A stretch of 64,000 nt of DNA from Bacteroidota bacterium (GTDB taxonomy: Bacteria > Bacteroidota > Bacteroidia > Bacteroidales > FEN-979), in NCBI GenBank assembly GCA_016868575.1, contig VGGL01000005.1, positions 108 through 64,107 on the forward strand, read 5' to 3'. Shown here in pieces: positions 40,260 to 50,596 of the stretch (position 1 is its first letter; each line of letters starts with the position of its first letter). The translations under genes and the position numbers were made by a program. The notes beneath the pieces were generated by a model that saw only the letters and a list, made by a program, of their open reading frames with translations, was not told the origin of the DNA and did no database searches.

Positions 40260-40550
40260 TTAGATATTGCTGTAAAAATCAATAGTTTCTCCTTCGGCCA
40301 AGGTGATGATGGCCTTCTTGATTGTGTTTGTTCTGCCGGTTATGTACCCTGCTTTGGTGTAACGTGATTTGTTTTTCCCGGTAATCAGGATGGTATTCAC
40401 TGACTTCACGGTAACACCATAAAGGGACTGGATTTCCGCTTTGATCTCCAGTTTATTGGCATTGCGTTGGACGATAAACCCATATTGGTTGAGCTTTTCG
40501 CTCTTTTGGGTCATCTTCTCCGTAATGATCGGTTTTACTATTACACCCAT
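40260..40550 (-). CDS. rplW: 50S ribosomal protein L23
   Basis: ...IVKPIITEKMTQKSE... Located between rplD and rplB. Confidence 0.93.
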   Translation of the reverse strand: MGVIVKPIITEKMTQKSEKLNQYGFIVQRNANKLEIKAEIQSLYGVTVKSVNTILITGKNKSRYTKAGYITGRTNTIKKAIITLAEGETIDFYSNI

Positions 40551-40571
40551 GGTAATGATGGTATTGTCTGA

Positions 40572-41207
40572 TTATGCTTTTTCCTTATGCTGTTCTTCAA
40601 TGATCCTGACCGAACCTTCTGTGATCAGGAGGTTATCGGCGTTCAGGATGTCGTAGGTGTTGATGTCGGAAGCCTGTATCACCATGACATTTTCCAGGTT
40701 CCTTGCGGAGAGGGTGATCTTTTTGTCGCTACCGGGGACTATCACCAGTGTTTTTTGGTACGTCAGTGAAAAGCCTTTCAACAAATCAATGATCTGTTTG
40801 GTTTTGGGCTGTTCGAAGGAAAAGTCCTCCACAACCTGGATTTTCTCTTCTTTTACCTTATAGCTCAGGGCAGATATCCTGGCAAGTTTCTTAAGCTTTT
40901 TGTTCAGCTTGAAACTATAATCTCTTGGGCGAGGGCCGAAGATACGAGCACCACCTCTGAATAAAGGGTTCTTGATGCTCCCTGCACGGGCGCCACCAGT
41001 TCCTTTTTGCCGTTTGAGTTTCCGGGTGCTTCCGGAAACCTCAGATTTTTCCAAAGCCTTATGGGTTCCCTGCCGTTCATTGGCCATGTGCTGCTTCACA
41101 TCCAGGTAAATCGCATGATCATTTGGGGTGATACCGAACACGGAATCATCCAGGTTTACCTTCCGGTTCACCTTGGAACCACTGATATTATATACTTCTA
41201 CTTCCAT
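40572..41207 (-). CDS. rplD: 50S ribosomal protein L4
   Basis: ...[30 protein letters not shown]... Confidence 0.95.
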   Translation of the reverse strand: MEVEVYNISGSKVNRKVNLDDSVFGITPNDHAIYLDVKQHMANERQGTHKALEKSEVSGSTRKLKRQKGTGGARAGSIKNPLFRGGARIFGPRPRDYSFKLNKKLKKLARISALSYKVKEEKIQVVEDFSFEQPKTKQIIDLLKGFSLTYQKTLVIVPGSDKKITLSARNLENVMVIQASDINTYDILNADNLLITEGSVRIIEEQHKEKA

Positions 41208-41827
41208 CTTTCAAGCAATAAATATGATCCTTTGGGACCTGGTACAGAGCCTTTTACAACCACCAGGTTCTCGTCCGGGATTAGTTTTACAATCTGAACG
41301 TTGATTTTCTTCATTCTTCTTCCGCCCATCCTGCCTGCCATTTTCAAACCTTTGGCAACTTTTGAAGGCCAGGAAGATGCGCCTACGGAGCCGGGAGCTC
41401 TGAGCCTGTCGTGCTGACCATGTGTCGATTCCCCAACACCTTTAAAGTGATGACGAACCACCACACCTTGAAATCCTTTTCCTTTCGTGGTGCCCACCAC
41501 ATCGATAAATTCGCCTTCTACGAATACATCTACCTTCACAACATCTCCGAAGGTTTTCTGGTGGCCGGCTTCAAACCTGGTAAATTCTGCAAGAACTTTC
41601 TTTGGTTCAATACCCGCTTTTTTGTAATGACCCAGGACGGCTTTGGTCACTTTTCTCGGCTCCACATCTTCAAATGCAAGCTGTATAGCTTCATAGCCAT
41701 CATTCTCAACCGTTTTGACCTGAGTTACAACACAGGGGCCTGCTTCGATCACCGTGCATGGAATATGTTTTCCAGAGGCATCATAGATGCTGGTCATCCC
41801 TATTTTTTTTCCTATTAATCCTGACAT
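41198..41827 (-). CDS. rplC: 50S ribosomal protein L3
   Basis: [16 protein letters not shown]. Confidence 0.96.
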   Translation of the reverse strand: MSGLIGKKIGMTSIYDASGKHIPCTVIEAGPCVVTQVKTVENDGYEAIQLAFEDVEPRKVTKAVLGHYKKAGIEPKKVLAEFTRFEAGHQKTFGDVVKVDVFVEGEFIDVVGTTKGKGFQGVVVRHHFKGVGESTHGQHDRLRAPGSVGASSWPSKVAKGLKMAGRMGGRRMKKINVQIVKLIPDENLVVVKGSVPGPKGSYLLLERWK

Positions 41828-41867
41828 TTGACCCTTATTTTATATTTTCACTTATCATCCATCTTGA

Positions 41868-42173
41868 TCATACCTTGATCTCCACTTCCACCCCGCTGGG
41901 AAGTTCCAGTTTCATCAGGGCATCAATGGTTTTGGAGGTGGTGGAGTAGATATCCATTAACCGTTTGTAGGTACAAAGCTGAAACTGTTCCCTTGATTTT
42001 TTATTGACAAAGGTTGAACGCAAAACAGTAAAAATCTTTTTGTCAGTTGGCAAAGGAATGGGACCACTTACCACTGCGCCGGTTGCTTTTACCGTTTTCA
42101 CGATCTTTTCTGCGGATTTGTCCACCAGGTTGTAATCGTACGACTTCAGTTTTATTCTGATTCTTTGGTTCAC
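41868..42173 (-). CDS. rpsJ: 30S ribosomal protein S10
   Basis: [25 protein letters not shown]. Confidence 0.96.
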   Translation of the reverse strand: MNQRIRIKLKSYDYNLVDKSAEKIVKTVKATGAVVSGPIPLPTDKKIFTVLRSTFVNKKSREQFQLCTYKRLMDIYSTTSKTIDALMKLELPSGVEVEIKV

Positions 42174-42194
42174 GTTGAATTGCTTTTTTTGTTC

Positions 42195-44303
42195 CTAATT
42201 ATTTATAGGTACGTATCCTCGGATTTTATATAAAACATCATCCATCACCGCTTGCGGGGTGATGTCATAATGGGAAAATTCCATGGTTGATGTGGCTCTT
42301 CCGGAAGTCAATGAGCGCAAGGTAGTTACGTAGCCGAACATTTCAGCAAGTGGTACGCGGCCACTGATCACCTGCTGGTCGAGCCGGCTGTCGATGTGGT
42401 CGATCTGTCCCCTGCGGCGCGTCATATCGCCCGTAACATCTCCTACATTTTCATAAGGTGTTACCACTTCAAAACGCATAATAGGCTCCAGGAGGGTAGA
42501 CTTGGCTTTCTTGCAGGCTTCACGGAAGGCGTGGCCGGCTGCAACTTCAAATGCCAGGGCATCAGAATCCACTGGATGAGTCGATCCATCCAGGAGGGTA
42601 ACTTTCACACTCTCCATCGGAAATCCAACCAGGACACCATTTTGCATGGCATTGCGGATCCCTTTTTCGATGGACGCAACATATTCTTTGGGAATGTTGC
42701 CGCCTTTCACATTATTAAAGAATTGAAGTCCCTTTAATCCTTTGGATGCCGGGGCAACTTCAATGGTCAGGTCCGCAAAACGTCCTTTCCCACCGGTTTG
42801 TTTTTTATAGACCTCCTGATGTTTAACATTGTTCAGGATGGCCTCCTTGTATGCAACCTGAGGTTTCCCTTTGTTGCAATCGATATTGAATTCGCGTTTA
42901 AGCCGGTCAAGCAATACATCGAGGTGGAGTTCACCCATTCCGGAGATGATGGTCTGTCCGGTTTCTTCATCGTTCTTCAACCGGCAGGTAGGATCCTCCT
43001 CTGTCAGGCGCGTTAACGCGTTGATGAGTTTCTCAATATCTTCCTGCGTTTTCGGTTCCACAGCAATATTCAGTACCGGTTCCGGGAATTGGATATTTTC
43101 GAGCACCACCGGATGTTTAATGTCGCAAAGCGTATCTCCTGTCCGGATCTCTTTCAGCCCGACGGCTGCGCCGATCTCTCCGGCTTCAATACGTTTCAGG
43201 GGGTTTTGTTTGTTGGCATGCATCAGCATGATCCGGGAGATGCGGTCCTTTTTGTTTTTACTGGAGTTCAACACCACAGAGCCGGCTTCCAGACTCCCTG
43301 AATAGACCCTGAAAAACACCATTTTGCCTGAGAAAGGATCATTGACGATCTTGAAAGCAAGCGCACAGAAGGGCTCTTCCGGATCGGGATGGCGTTCTTC
43401 CTCTTTTTCAGTGAATGGGTTCATTCCCTTCACCGGGGGCATATCATATGGGTTCGGGAGGAAATTCACGATGGCGTTCAACAGGAACTGTACACCTATA
43501 TTCTTATATGATGATCCACAGATCACCGGGGTGATCCGGTTTTCGATGGTTGCCTTACGCACCACGGAGATGAGCTCCTCAGCGGTGATCGAAGCGGGAT
43601 CTTTCATGTATTTGTCGAGCAGTTCTTCCCTTTCTTCGGCAGCGCCTTCGATGAGTTTATGGCGGTATTCATTGACCGTTTCAGACAGTTCGTTCGGAAC
43701 CGGGATCTCTGTATAATTGGCTCCCAGGGAGGACGAATCCCATTGAAATGCTTTGCCGGAGATCAGGTCGACCACGCCGGAGAAGGATTCTTCCTCACCG
43801 ATCGGGATCTGTAAGGGGATTGGCTTGGCATGCAACCGTTCTTCGATCTGATTGACCACACTAAAAAAATCAGCCCCAAGTCGATCCATTTTATTGATGT
43901 AGGATATCCTTGGGACGTGATATTTATTGGCTTGTTTCCAGACTGTTTCGGATTGGGGTTCAACGCCGCCAACAGCACAAAAGAGTGCCACGGCTCCATC
44001 AAGCACCCGGAGGGAGCGTTCCACCTCTACGGTAAAATCTACGTGTCCGGGAGTATCTATGATGTTGATCCGGTATTTGCTCTGATCCGGATTCCAGTAC
44101 ACGGTTGTAGCGGCAGAGGTAATGGTGATCCCGCGCTCCTGTTCCTGCACCATCCAGTCCATGGTTGCTGTACCATCGTGGACCTCACCCATTTTATAGT
44201 TGATTCCGGTATAATACAGTATGCGCTCAGTAGTTGTGGTTTTACCCGCATCTATATGAGCCATAATGCCTATATTTCTCGTATTTAAAAGCTTATCAGA
44301 CAT
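42195..44303 (-). CDS. fusA: Elongation factor G
   Basis: [24 protein letters not shown]...DTPGHVDF. Confidence 0.97.
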   Translation of the reverse strand: MSDKLLNTRNIGIMAHIDAGKTTTTERILYYTGINYKMGEVHDGTATMDWMVQEQERGITITSAATTVYWNPDQSKYRINIIDTPGHVDFTVEVERSLRVLDGAVALFCAVGGVEPQSETVWKQANKYHVPRISYINKMDRLGADFFSVVNQIEERLHAKPIPLQIPIGEEESFSGVVDLISGKAFQWDSSSLGANYTEIPVPNELSETVNEYRHKLIEGAAEEREELLDKYMKDPASITAEELISVVRKATIENRITPVICGSSYKNIGVQFLLNAIVNFLPNPYDMPPVKGMNPFTEKEEERHPDPEEPFCALAFKIVNDPFSGKMVFFRVYSGSLEAGSVVLNSSKNKKDRISRIMLMHANKQNPLKRIEAGEIGAAVGLKEIRTGDTLCDIKHPVVLENIQFPEPVLNIAVEPKTQEDIEKLINALTRLTEEDPTCRLKNDEETGQTIISGMGELHLDVLLDRLKREFNIDCNKGKPQVAYKEAILNNVKHQEVYKKQTGGKGRFADLTIEVAPASKGLKGLQFFNNVKGGNIPKEYVASIEKGIRNAMQNGVLVGFPMESVKVTLLDGSTHPVDSDALAFEVAAGHAFREACKKAKSTLLEPIMRFEVVTPYENVGDVTGDMTRRRGQIDHIDSRLDQQVISGRVPLAEMFGYVTTLRSLTSGRATSTMEFSHYDITPQAVMDDVLYKIRGYVPINN

Positions 44304-44340
44304 TATTACTTCCTTCGAGAAGGCTCACCGGATCAGTATC

Positions 44341-44808
44341 TTAGAACCTGAAATGGGAGAAAGCCTTATTGGCTTCTGCCATTCTGTGCGTATCCTCCTT
44401 CTTTTTAAATGCAGCACCTTCTTCCTTGTAAGCGGCCATAATTTCTGAAGCCAGTTTCAAGGCCATTGATTTCTCATGGCGTTTCCGGGAGAACAGGATC
44501 AGGGATTTCATGCCCATTGACATTTTTCGGGCAGGTCTGATCTCTGTAGGGATCTGGAATGTAGCACCTCCAACCCGGCGGCTGCGAACTTCAACCGAGG
44601 GAGTGACATTGGCCAGCGCCTTTTTCCATACTTCCAATCCGTCTTCTTTGGTTTTTTCCGAAACGATATCGATGGCATCATAAAAAATCTTCGATGCATT
44701 GTTCTTCTTTCCGCTCAGCATCAGGTTATTAACGAATTTGGTAACCAGCTGATCGTTGAATCTGGGATCGGGAAGTATCAGTCTTTTTTTGGGTTTTGCT
44801 TTTCTCAT
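44341..44808 (-). CDS. rpsG: 30S ribosomal protein S7
   Basis: [27 protein letters not shown]. Confidence 0.96.
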   Translation of the reverse strand: MRKAKPKKRLILPDPRFNDQLVTKFVNNLMLSGKKNNASKIFYDAIDIVSEKTKEDGLEVWKKALANVTPSVEVRSRRVGGATFQIPTEIRPARKMSMGMKSLILFSRKRHEKSMALKLASEIMAAYKEEGAAFKKKEDTHRMAEANKAFSHFRF

Positions 44809-44836
44809 GGCCGATGATGAATAATATGCTTAACCA

Positions 44837-45223
44837 CTATGATTGTTTCTTTTCTTTCGGGCGCTTAGCGCCATATTTTGAACGGCGCTGCATACGGCCA
44901 TCCACGCCGGCGGTATCCAGGGCGCCACGGATGATGTGATACCTCACACCGGGCAGATCTTTCACACGACCTCCTCTAACCAACACGATGGAGTGTTCCT
45001 GCAGATTGTGACCTTCCCCGGGAATATAGGCGTTGACTTCCTTTTGATTGGTTAATCGTACCCTTGCCACTTTCCGCATCGCAGAATTTGGCTTTTTAGG
45101 CGTGGTTGTGTACACCCGTACACACACACCCCGGCGTTGCGGGCAAGAATCAAGTGCAGGAGCTTTGCTTTTGTAAGTAAGCTTCTCTCTTCCCTTTCGT
45201 ATCAACTGCTGTATCGTAGGCAT
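44837..45223 (-). CDS. rpsL: 30S ribosomal protein S12
   Basis: [14 protein letters not shown]...[17 protein letters not shown]. Confidence 0.97.
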   Translation of the reverse strand: MPTIQQLIRKGREKLTYKSKAPALDSCPQRRGVCVRVYTTTPKKPNSAMRKVARVRLTNQKEVNAYIPGEGHNLQEHSIVLVRGGRVKDLPGVRYHIIRGALDTAGVDGRMQRRSKYGAKRPKEKKQS

Positions 45224-45272
45224 AATCGCTGATTAATGATATCCAAATAAAAAGTCCAAAATTTTGGGACTG

Positions 45273-45280
45273 CAAAGGTA
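45273..45280 (-). promoter_or_regulatory. -7 box (TAnnTTTG on the minus strand) upstream of rpsL; candidate promoter of the ribosomal supercluster
   Basis: Plus-strand caaaggta equals TACCTTTG on the minus strand, 50 nt upstream of the rpsL ATG. The palindrome ccaaaattttgg (45256-45267) lies in the predicted leader. Confidence 0.4.
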
Positions 45281-45419
45281 GAAATTAATTTTAAATAAAA
45301 ATCAAATCCTATAATATTTTTTCATGCCAATAAGCATAAGGATGCCAAAAACAACTCTTTCGCATAAAATTACCTGCAATTTTCCTTTCACCTGCGTGAT
45401 TCCGTTTTGTGATTTATGG

Positions 45420-45427
45420 TACTTTTG
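45420..45427 (+). promoter_or_regulatory. -7 box (TAnnTTTG) upstream of uvrD
   Basis: TACTTTTG lies 15 nt upstream of the ATG at 45442. It sits downstream of the ORF-track GTG start at 45409, which argues against that start. Confidence 0.45.
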
Positions 45428-45441
45428 CCCCTTCATCTCTT

Positions 45442-47754
45442 ATGAAAGATATCCTCAACGATCTCAATGAAGAACAACGTGTTGCCGTAACGGCCACGGA
45501 AGGACCTGTGATGGTCATTGCAGGCGCCGGCAGCGGTAAAACCCGCGTATTGACTTACCGCATCGCACACCTGATCAATAAAGGTATTGATCCCTTTCAC
45601 GTCCTGGCGCTCACCTTTACCAATAAGGCAGCCCGGGAAATGAAAGACCGCATCATCAAACTCCTTGGCTCCTCCGAATCAGCCAACGTGTGGATGGGAA
45701 CCTTCCATTCCGTATTTGCCCGTGTCCTCCGGGTGGAAGGACAGAAACTTGGATACCCATCCAATTTCACTATCTACGATACCGATGATACCAAAAGGGT
45801 GATCAAAGCCATTATCAAGGATCTTCAATTGGATGACAAAGCCTACCAGGTATCCTATGTTTATCACCGGATATCCTCAGCAAAAACCAGTCTGATCACG
45901 CCGGAAGATTACATCCAGAGCCCGGAAATTCAGGAACAGGACAAATCGGCCAATAAACCGCTGCTGGGAATGATTTACCAGGCCTACCGGAAACGCTGCT
46001 TTCAATCAGCAGCCATGGATTTTGATGACCTCCTGCTCAACACCTATAAGTTACTGAGAGATTTTCCGGAAGCCCTGTATAAGTACCAGCATAAATTCGA
46101 ATATATCCTGGTGGATGAGTATCAGGACACCAATTACCTGCAGTATCTCATCGTTAAAATGCTGGCTGCCAATAATGAAAACCTGTGTGTTGTGGGAGAT
46201 GATGCCCAAAGTATCTATGCTTTTCGCGGCGCCAATATTCAGAATATCCTAAGCTTCCGGAAAGATTACCCCGAAGCTCAGGTATATAAACTGGAGCAAA
46301 ACTACCGGTCAACCAAGCTGATCGTAGAAGCGGCCAATCAGGTGATCAAAAACAATAAGAACCGGATTTTTAAGGAAGTCTGGACGCATAATGATCAAGG
46401 ACATAAGATACAGGTTTTCAGAGCGATCACTGATGGGGAAGAGGGCATGCTGGTCGCCGGCTCCATCTTTGAACAAAGGATGAACACCCATTCACCGAAT
46501 GAAGCCTTTGCCATCCTTTACCGAACCAATGCGCAATCCCGCTCTTTTGAAGAGTCGTTGAGAAAACTCAACATCCCCTACCGCATCTTTGGTGGCATTT
46601 CCTTTTATCAACGGAAAGAAATTAAAGATGTTCTTGCCTACTTCAGGCTGATCATCAACAACAAGGATGAAGATGCCTTGCTCCGGATCATCAATTACCC
46701 GGCCCGTGGCATTGGAAAAACCACCATCGAAAAACTGCAGGTGATCGCTGAAGAAACCGGTCGCAGTCTTTGGGACACCTTGGAATCGCCGGGGAGGGGA
46801 CATTTCAACGAAGGGACCTTCCAGAAGTTGTCGGCATTTGCAACCATGATCCGGAGTTTCTCAGCCATGCTCGGGAAAAAAGATGCCTTTGAGCTGGCCC
46901 GGCATATCATGCACGCAGCCGGCATCAAAAGGGAACTGGAAGAAGATAAAACCCCTGAAGGGGTGAACCGTTCTGAAAACGTGGAGGAACTCCTGAATGC
47001 GATCAAAGAATTTGCTACTGCCCCCACCCCCGGCCCCTCCCCCCTGGAGGGGGAAGAGCTGGAATTAAGGGCTTCTCTGGCAGATTTCATGAAAGATATT
47101 GCCCTGCTCACCGATGCAGATGTGGAGGATAAAACCAACACTGACAAGGTTTCCCTTATGACCGTACACCAGGCCAAGGGGCTGGAGTTTCCATTCGTCT
47201 ATATTGTCGGCCTGGAAGAAAACCTCTTTCCTTCCATCCAGTCACTGAATGACCGTTCTGACCTGGAAGAAGAACGGAGATTGTTCTATGTCGCCATCAC
47301 CCGGGCACAGCAACGGTTATTTCTTTCCTTTGCTGAAAACCGATACCGGTGGGGTAACCTCACTTTCTGCGAACCCAGCAGGTTCCTGGAAGAAATTCCA
47401 CAGGAACTCCTTGAGTTTCCGAGGAAAGCATCTCCTCCAAGACCGACCTTTCATCCCAAGGATAATTTCTCTGATATCATCACGCCGAAAGCCCCGAAAA
47501 TCAATATCCCCGGTCATTATAAAAAAGTGATCGGCACACAAAGTCCTGCCGGTAGTGTTCCCGCAAGCCAGGAACCAATGGTTGAAGTTTTCCCGGGACA
47601 GGAGGTGGAGCATCCCCAGTTCGGCAAAGGTAAAGTGCTGGCTGTTGATGGGCAGGGAGCCAATAAAAAGGTAACGGTATTTTTTGCCGGAATCGGTCAA
47701 AAGCAGTTGCTGTTGAAGTTTGCGAGGCTCAAGGTGGTAACGCATGACACTTGA
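45442..47754 (+). CDS. uvrD: ATP-dependent DNA helicase, UvrD/PcrA/Rep family
   Basis: LNEEQRVAV...AGAGSGKTRVLTYRIAHL...VDEYQDTN...QNYRST...TVHQAKGLEF. Confidence 0.92.
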   Translation: MKDILNDLNEEQRVAVTATEGPVMVIAGAGSGKTRVLTYRIAHLINKGIDPFHVLALTFTNKAAREMKDRIIKLLGSSESANVWMGTFHSVFARVLRVEGQKLGYPSNFTIYDTDDTKRVIKAIIKDLQLDDKAYQVSYVYHRISSAKTSLITPEDYIQSPEIQEQDKSANKPLLGMIYQAYRKRCFQSAAMDFDDLLLNTYKLLRDFPEALYKYQHKFEYILVDEYQDTNYLQYLIVKMLAANNENLCVVGDDAQSIYAFRGANIQNILSFRKDYPEAQVYKLEQNYRSTKLIVEAANQVIKNNKNRIFKEVWTHNDQGHKIQVFRAITDGEEGMLVAGSIFEQRMNTHSPNEAFAILYRTNAQSRSFEESLRKLNIPYRIFGGISFYQRKEIKDVLAYFRLIINNKDEDALLRIINYPARGIGKTTIEKLQVIAEETGRSLWDTLESPGRGHFNEGTFQKLSAFATMIRSFSAMLGKKDAFELARHIMHAAGIKRELEEDKTPEGVNRSENVEELLNAIKEFATAPTPGPSPLEGEELELRASLADFMKDIALLTDADVEDKTNTDKVSLMTVHQAKGLEFPFVYIVGLEENLFPSIQSLNDRSDLEEERRLFYVAITRAQQRLFLSFAENRYRWGNLTFCEPSRFLEEIPQELLEFPRKASPPRPTFHPKDNFSDIITPKAPKINIPGHYKKVIGTQSPAGSVPASQEPMVEVFPGQEVEHPQFGKGKVLAVDGQGANKKVTVFFAGIGQKQLLLKFARLKVVTHDT
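47021..47058 (+). repeat. GC-rich element embedded in frame within uvrD (encodes APTPGPSPLEGEE)
   Basis: cccccacccccggcccctcccccctggagggggaagag. It shares the core CACCCCC(C)GGCCCC(C)TC with the intergenic hairpin at 53220-53272. Confidence 0.55.
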
Positions 47755-47773
47755 CACTTGACACTTGACACTT
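47746..47773. repeat. Heptamer tandem repeat (GACACTT)x4 spanning the uvrD stop codon
   Basis: Four perfect copies: gacactt gacactt gacactt gacactt. The uvrD TGA (47752-47754) is formed across a unit junction. Confidence 0.9.
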
Positions 47774-47782
47774 GAAAAGTGA

Positions 47783-50596
47783 TTGACGATGAGTGAACAG
47801 AAACAGATCATCATCAGGGGGGCAAGGGTCAATAACCTGAAAAACATCAGCCTGACCATTCCACACAACAAGCTGGTTGTGATCACCGGTGTTTCAGGGT
47901 CAGGGAAATCTTCATTGGCATTCGATACCCTGTATGCGGAAGGACAGCGTCGCTATGTGGAAAGCCTCAGCGCCTATGCGCGGCAATTTCTCGGACGGAT
48001 GAGCAAACCGGATGTCGACCTGATCCATGGCATTGCCCCTGCCATTGCCATCGAGCAAAAAGTCAACACGAGCAATCCGAGATCAACGGTTGGCACTTCA
48101 ACAGAGATTTATGAGTACCTGAAACTGCTTTTCGCCAGGATTGGCAAAACCTATTCGCCAATCTCAGGTCAGCTGGTCAAAAGACACAGCGTTACCAATG
48201 TGGTGGATTTTATCCTCTCTCAGCCCGATGAAACACGGGTGATGATTGCCTGTCCACTGATTAACGGCTCCGGGAAAAACCTCCAGGACAAACTGAGCCT
48301 GTTGCTTCAGCAAGGTTTCAGCAGGCTGCTGATGAGATCTGAAGTCGTTCGCATCGATGATGCCATCCAATCCATGCCAGATGCGACAACAAATGGCGAT
48401 ATCCTCCTTTTAATCGACAGGATAGCGGTGCGACATGCAGAAAGCGAACTTGCATCCCGCCTGGCCGACTCCGTGCAAACGGCCTTTTTTGAAGGTCATG
48501 GCAGTTGCATTGTCTTCAGTCAGCATGACGATATAACGAGCCAACAGTCATTCTCTCACCATTTCGAGCAGGATGGGATCACTTTTGAAGATCCATCGGT
48601 GAACCTGTTCAGCTTTAACAATCCTTATGGCGCCTGCAAGACGTGCGAAGGGTTTGGTAGCATCATCGGAATTGATGAGGACCTTGTCGTCCCTGACCGA
48701 AGTCTGTCCATCTATGAGGATACCGTTGCCTGCTGGAAGGGAGAAAAGATGAGTGAATGGAAAAACCGTTTCATTGCGCATACTTACCAATACAAGTTTC
48801 CGGTTCATACGCCCTATGCAGAGCTCACTCCGGATGAACTTGATCTGCTTTGGCATGGACGGCGAGATGTGGATGGGATCGACGATTTCTTCAAGATGGT
48901 GGAATCCAATCTCTACAAGATCCAGTACCGGGTGATGCTATCGCGATACCGCGGTAAAACGGTCTGCCCCGAATGTAAGGGAACCCGGTTACGGAAAGAT
49001 GCCAACTATGTGAAAGTGGCTGATTTTTCCATCAGCGACATGGTGATGATGCCGGTTTCCCGGTTGAAGTCAGTGATCGAAACCCTGGAATTATCGGATT
49101 ATGACCGGCAGGTATCAGAAAGGATCCTGCTGGAGATCAGTTCCCGTTTGTCCTTTATGTGCGAAACCGGCCTGGGGTATCTGACGCTGAACCGGCTCTC
49201 CTCGACCCTGTCTGGCGGAGAATCACAGCGCATCAATCTGGCGACATCGCTTGGAAGTAATCTTGTCGGTTCTCTTTACATCCTCGACGAGCCCTCGATA
49301 GGCCTCCATCCGAGAGATACCCACCGGCTCATTCACACCCTGAAAAAACTGAGAGACCTCGGAAACACGGTATTGGTGGTTGAACATGATGAAGAGGTGA
49401 TCAAAGCAGCCGATCATATCATTGACATTGGACCGCTGGCAGGCGAAAAAGGTGGTGAGCTTGTGTTTGAAGGTAATCTGCAAGCCTTGCTCCAGGATCA
49501 TAAGAGCTTCACAGCCCGGTACCTGAACCACCAATTGAATATTCCCGTTCCGGAAACAAGACGGAGATGGAAGGACGCTATCGTCCTGCATGGTGTCAGG
49601 GAAAATAACCTTAAATGTCTCACTGTCAGGTTTCCGCTGAATACCTTCTCCGTCGTGACCGGAGTGAGTGGATCGGGGAAAACATCACTGGTTAAAAGGG
49701 TGCTCTACGCCGCGCTGAGGAAAATGCATCAGGGTTATGGAGAAAAGACCGGAAGGTTCGACAGCATCAGCGGGGACTATACCCTTATCGGAGCTGTGGA
49801 ATTGGTTGATCAGAACCCCATTGGAAGATCATCCAGGTCGAATCCGGCAACCTACCTGAAAGCCTATGACGAGATCCGGGATCTTTTTGCCGAACAACCG
49901 CTATCCCGACTCCGCGGGTACAAGCCGGGTTTCTTTTCTTTTAACGTTGCCGGTGGACGATGTGATGAATGTGAAGGAGATGGGGTTGTGAAAATCGGCA
50001 TGCAATTCATGGCTGATATTTACCTGACATGCGACAGTTGCAAAGGGAAAAAATTCAAGGATGAAGTGCTGGAAATCAAATACCGGAATAAAACCATCAC
50101 CGATATCCTTGATCTCACCATTGATGAAGCCATTACATTCTTTTCTGACGGAATGGGAAAGCCCGGTATGCTGGAAAAGAGGATCATCACCAAACTCAAT
50201 CCACTCCAGGAAGTCGGGTTGGGCTATCTGCGGCTGGGGCAATCATCCAGTACCCTGAGCGGAGGTGAAGCGCAACGGGTCAAACTTGCCTTTTTCCTCT
50301 CCAAGGGCAACACGGATAAACAGACGCTATTCATTTTCGATGAACCCACAACAGGACTTCATTACTACGATATTCACAAATTGATTGAATCCTTCCACGC
50401 GCTCCTGAACCAGGGACATTCCATCATTGTGATCGAACATAACATGGAGGTGATCAAATGCGCCGACTGGTTGATCGACCTTGGAAAAGAAGGGGGAGAT
50501 GAAGGAGGTTATATCGTTTTCGAAGGAACTCCTGAGGAGATGGTCAAATGCAAGGAATCCTATACCGGCATGTTTTTAAAGGAAAAAATTCTATGA
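47783..50596 (+). CDS. uvrA: Excinuclease ABC subunit A
   Basis: IRGARVNNLKNISLTIPHNKLVVITGVSGSGKSSLAFDTLYAEGQRRYVESLSAYARQFLG. Zn modules (CKTCEGFG, CPECKGTR, CDECEGDG) and two ABC signatures (LSGGESQR, LSGGEAQR). Confidence 0.96.
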   Translation: MTMSEQKQIIIRGARVNNLKNISLTIPHNKLVVITGVSGSGKSSLAFDTLYAEGQRRYVESLSAYARQFLGRMSKPDVDLIHGIAPAIAIEQKVNTSNPRSTVGTSTEIYEYLKLLFARIGKTYSPISGQLVKRHSVTNVVDFILSQPDETRVMIACPLINGSGKNLQDKLSLLLQQGFSRLLMRSEVVRIDDAIQSMPDATTNGDILLLIDRIAVRHAESELASRLADSVQTAFFEGHGSCIVFSQHDDITSQQSFSHHFEQDGITFEDPSVNLFSFNNPYGACKTCEGFGSIIGIDEDLVVPDRSLSIYEDTVACWKGEKMSEWKNRFIAHTYQYKFPVHTPYAELTPDELDLLWHGRRDVDGIDDFFKMVESNLYKIQYRVMLSRYRGKTVCPECKGTRLRKDANYVKVADFSISDMVMMPVSRLKSVIETLELSDYDRQVSERILLEISSRLSFMCETGLGYLTLNRLSSTLSGGESQRINLATSLGSNLVGSLYILDEPSIGLHPRDTHRLIHTLKKLRDLGNTVLVVEHDEEVIKAADHIIDIGPLAGEKGGELVFEGNLQALLQDHKSFTARYLNHQLNIPVPETRRRWKDAIVLHGVRENNLKCLTVRFPLNTFSVVTGVSGSGKTSLVKRVLYAALRKMHQGYGEKTGRFDSISGDYTLIGAVELVDQNPIGRSSRSNPATYLKAYDEIRDLFAEQPLSRLRGYKPGFFSFNVAGGRCDECEGDGVVKIGMQFMADIYLTCDSCKGKKFKDEVLEIKYRNKTITDILDLTIDEAITFFSDGMGKPGMLEKRIITKLNPLQEVGLGYLRLGQSSSTLSGGEAQRVKLAFFLSKGNTDKQTLFIFDEPTTGLHYYDIHKLIESFHALLNQGHSIIVIEHNMEVIKCADWLIDLGKEGGDEGGYIVFEGTPEEMVKCKESYTGMFLKEKIL

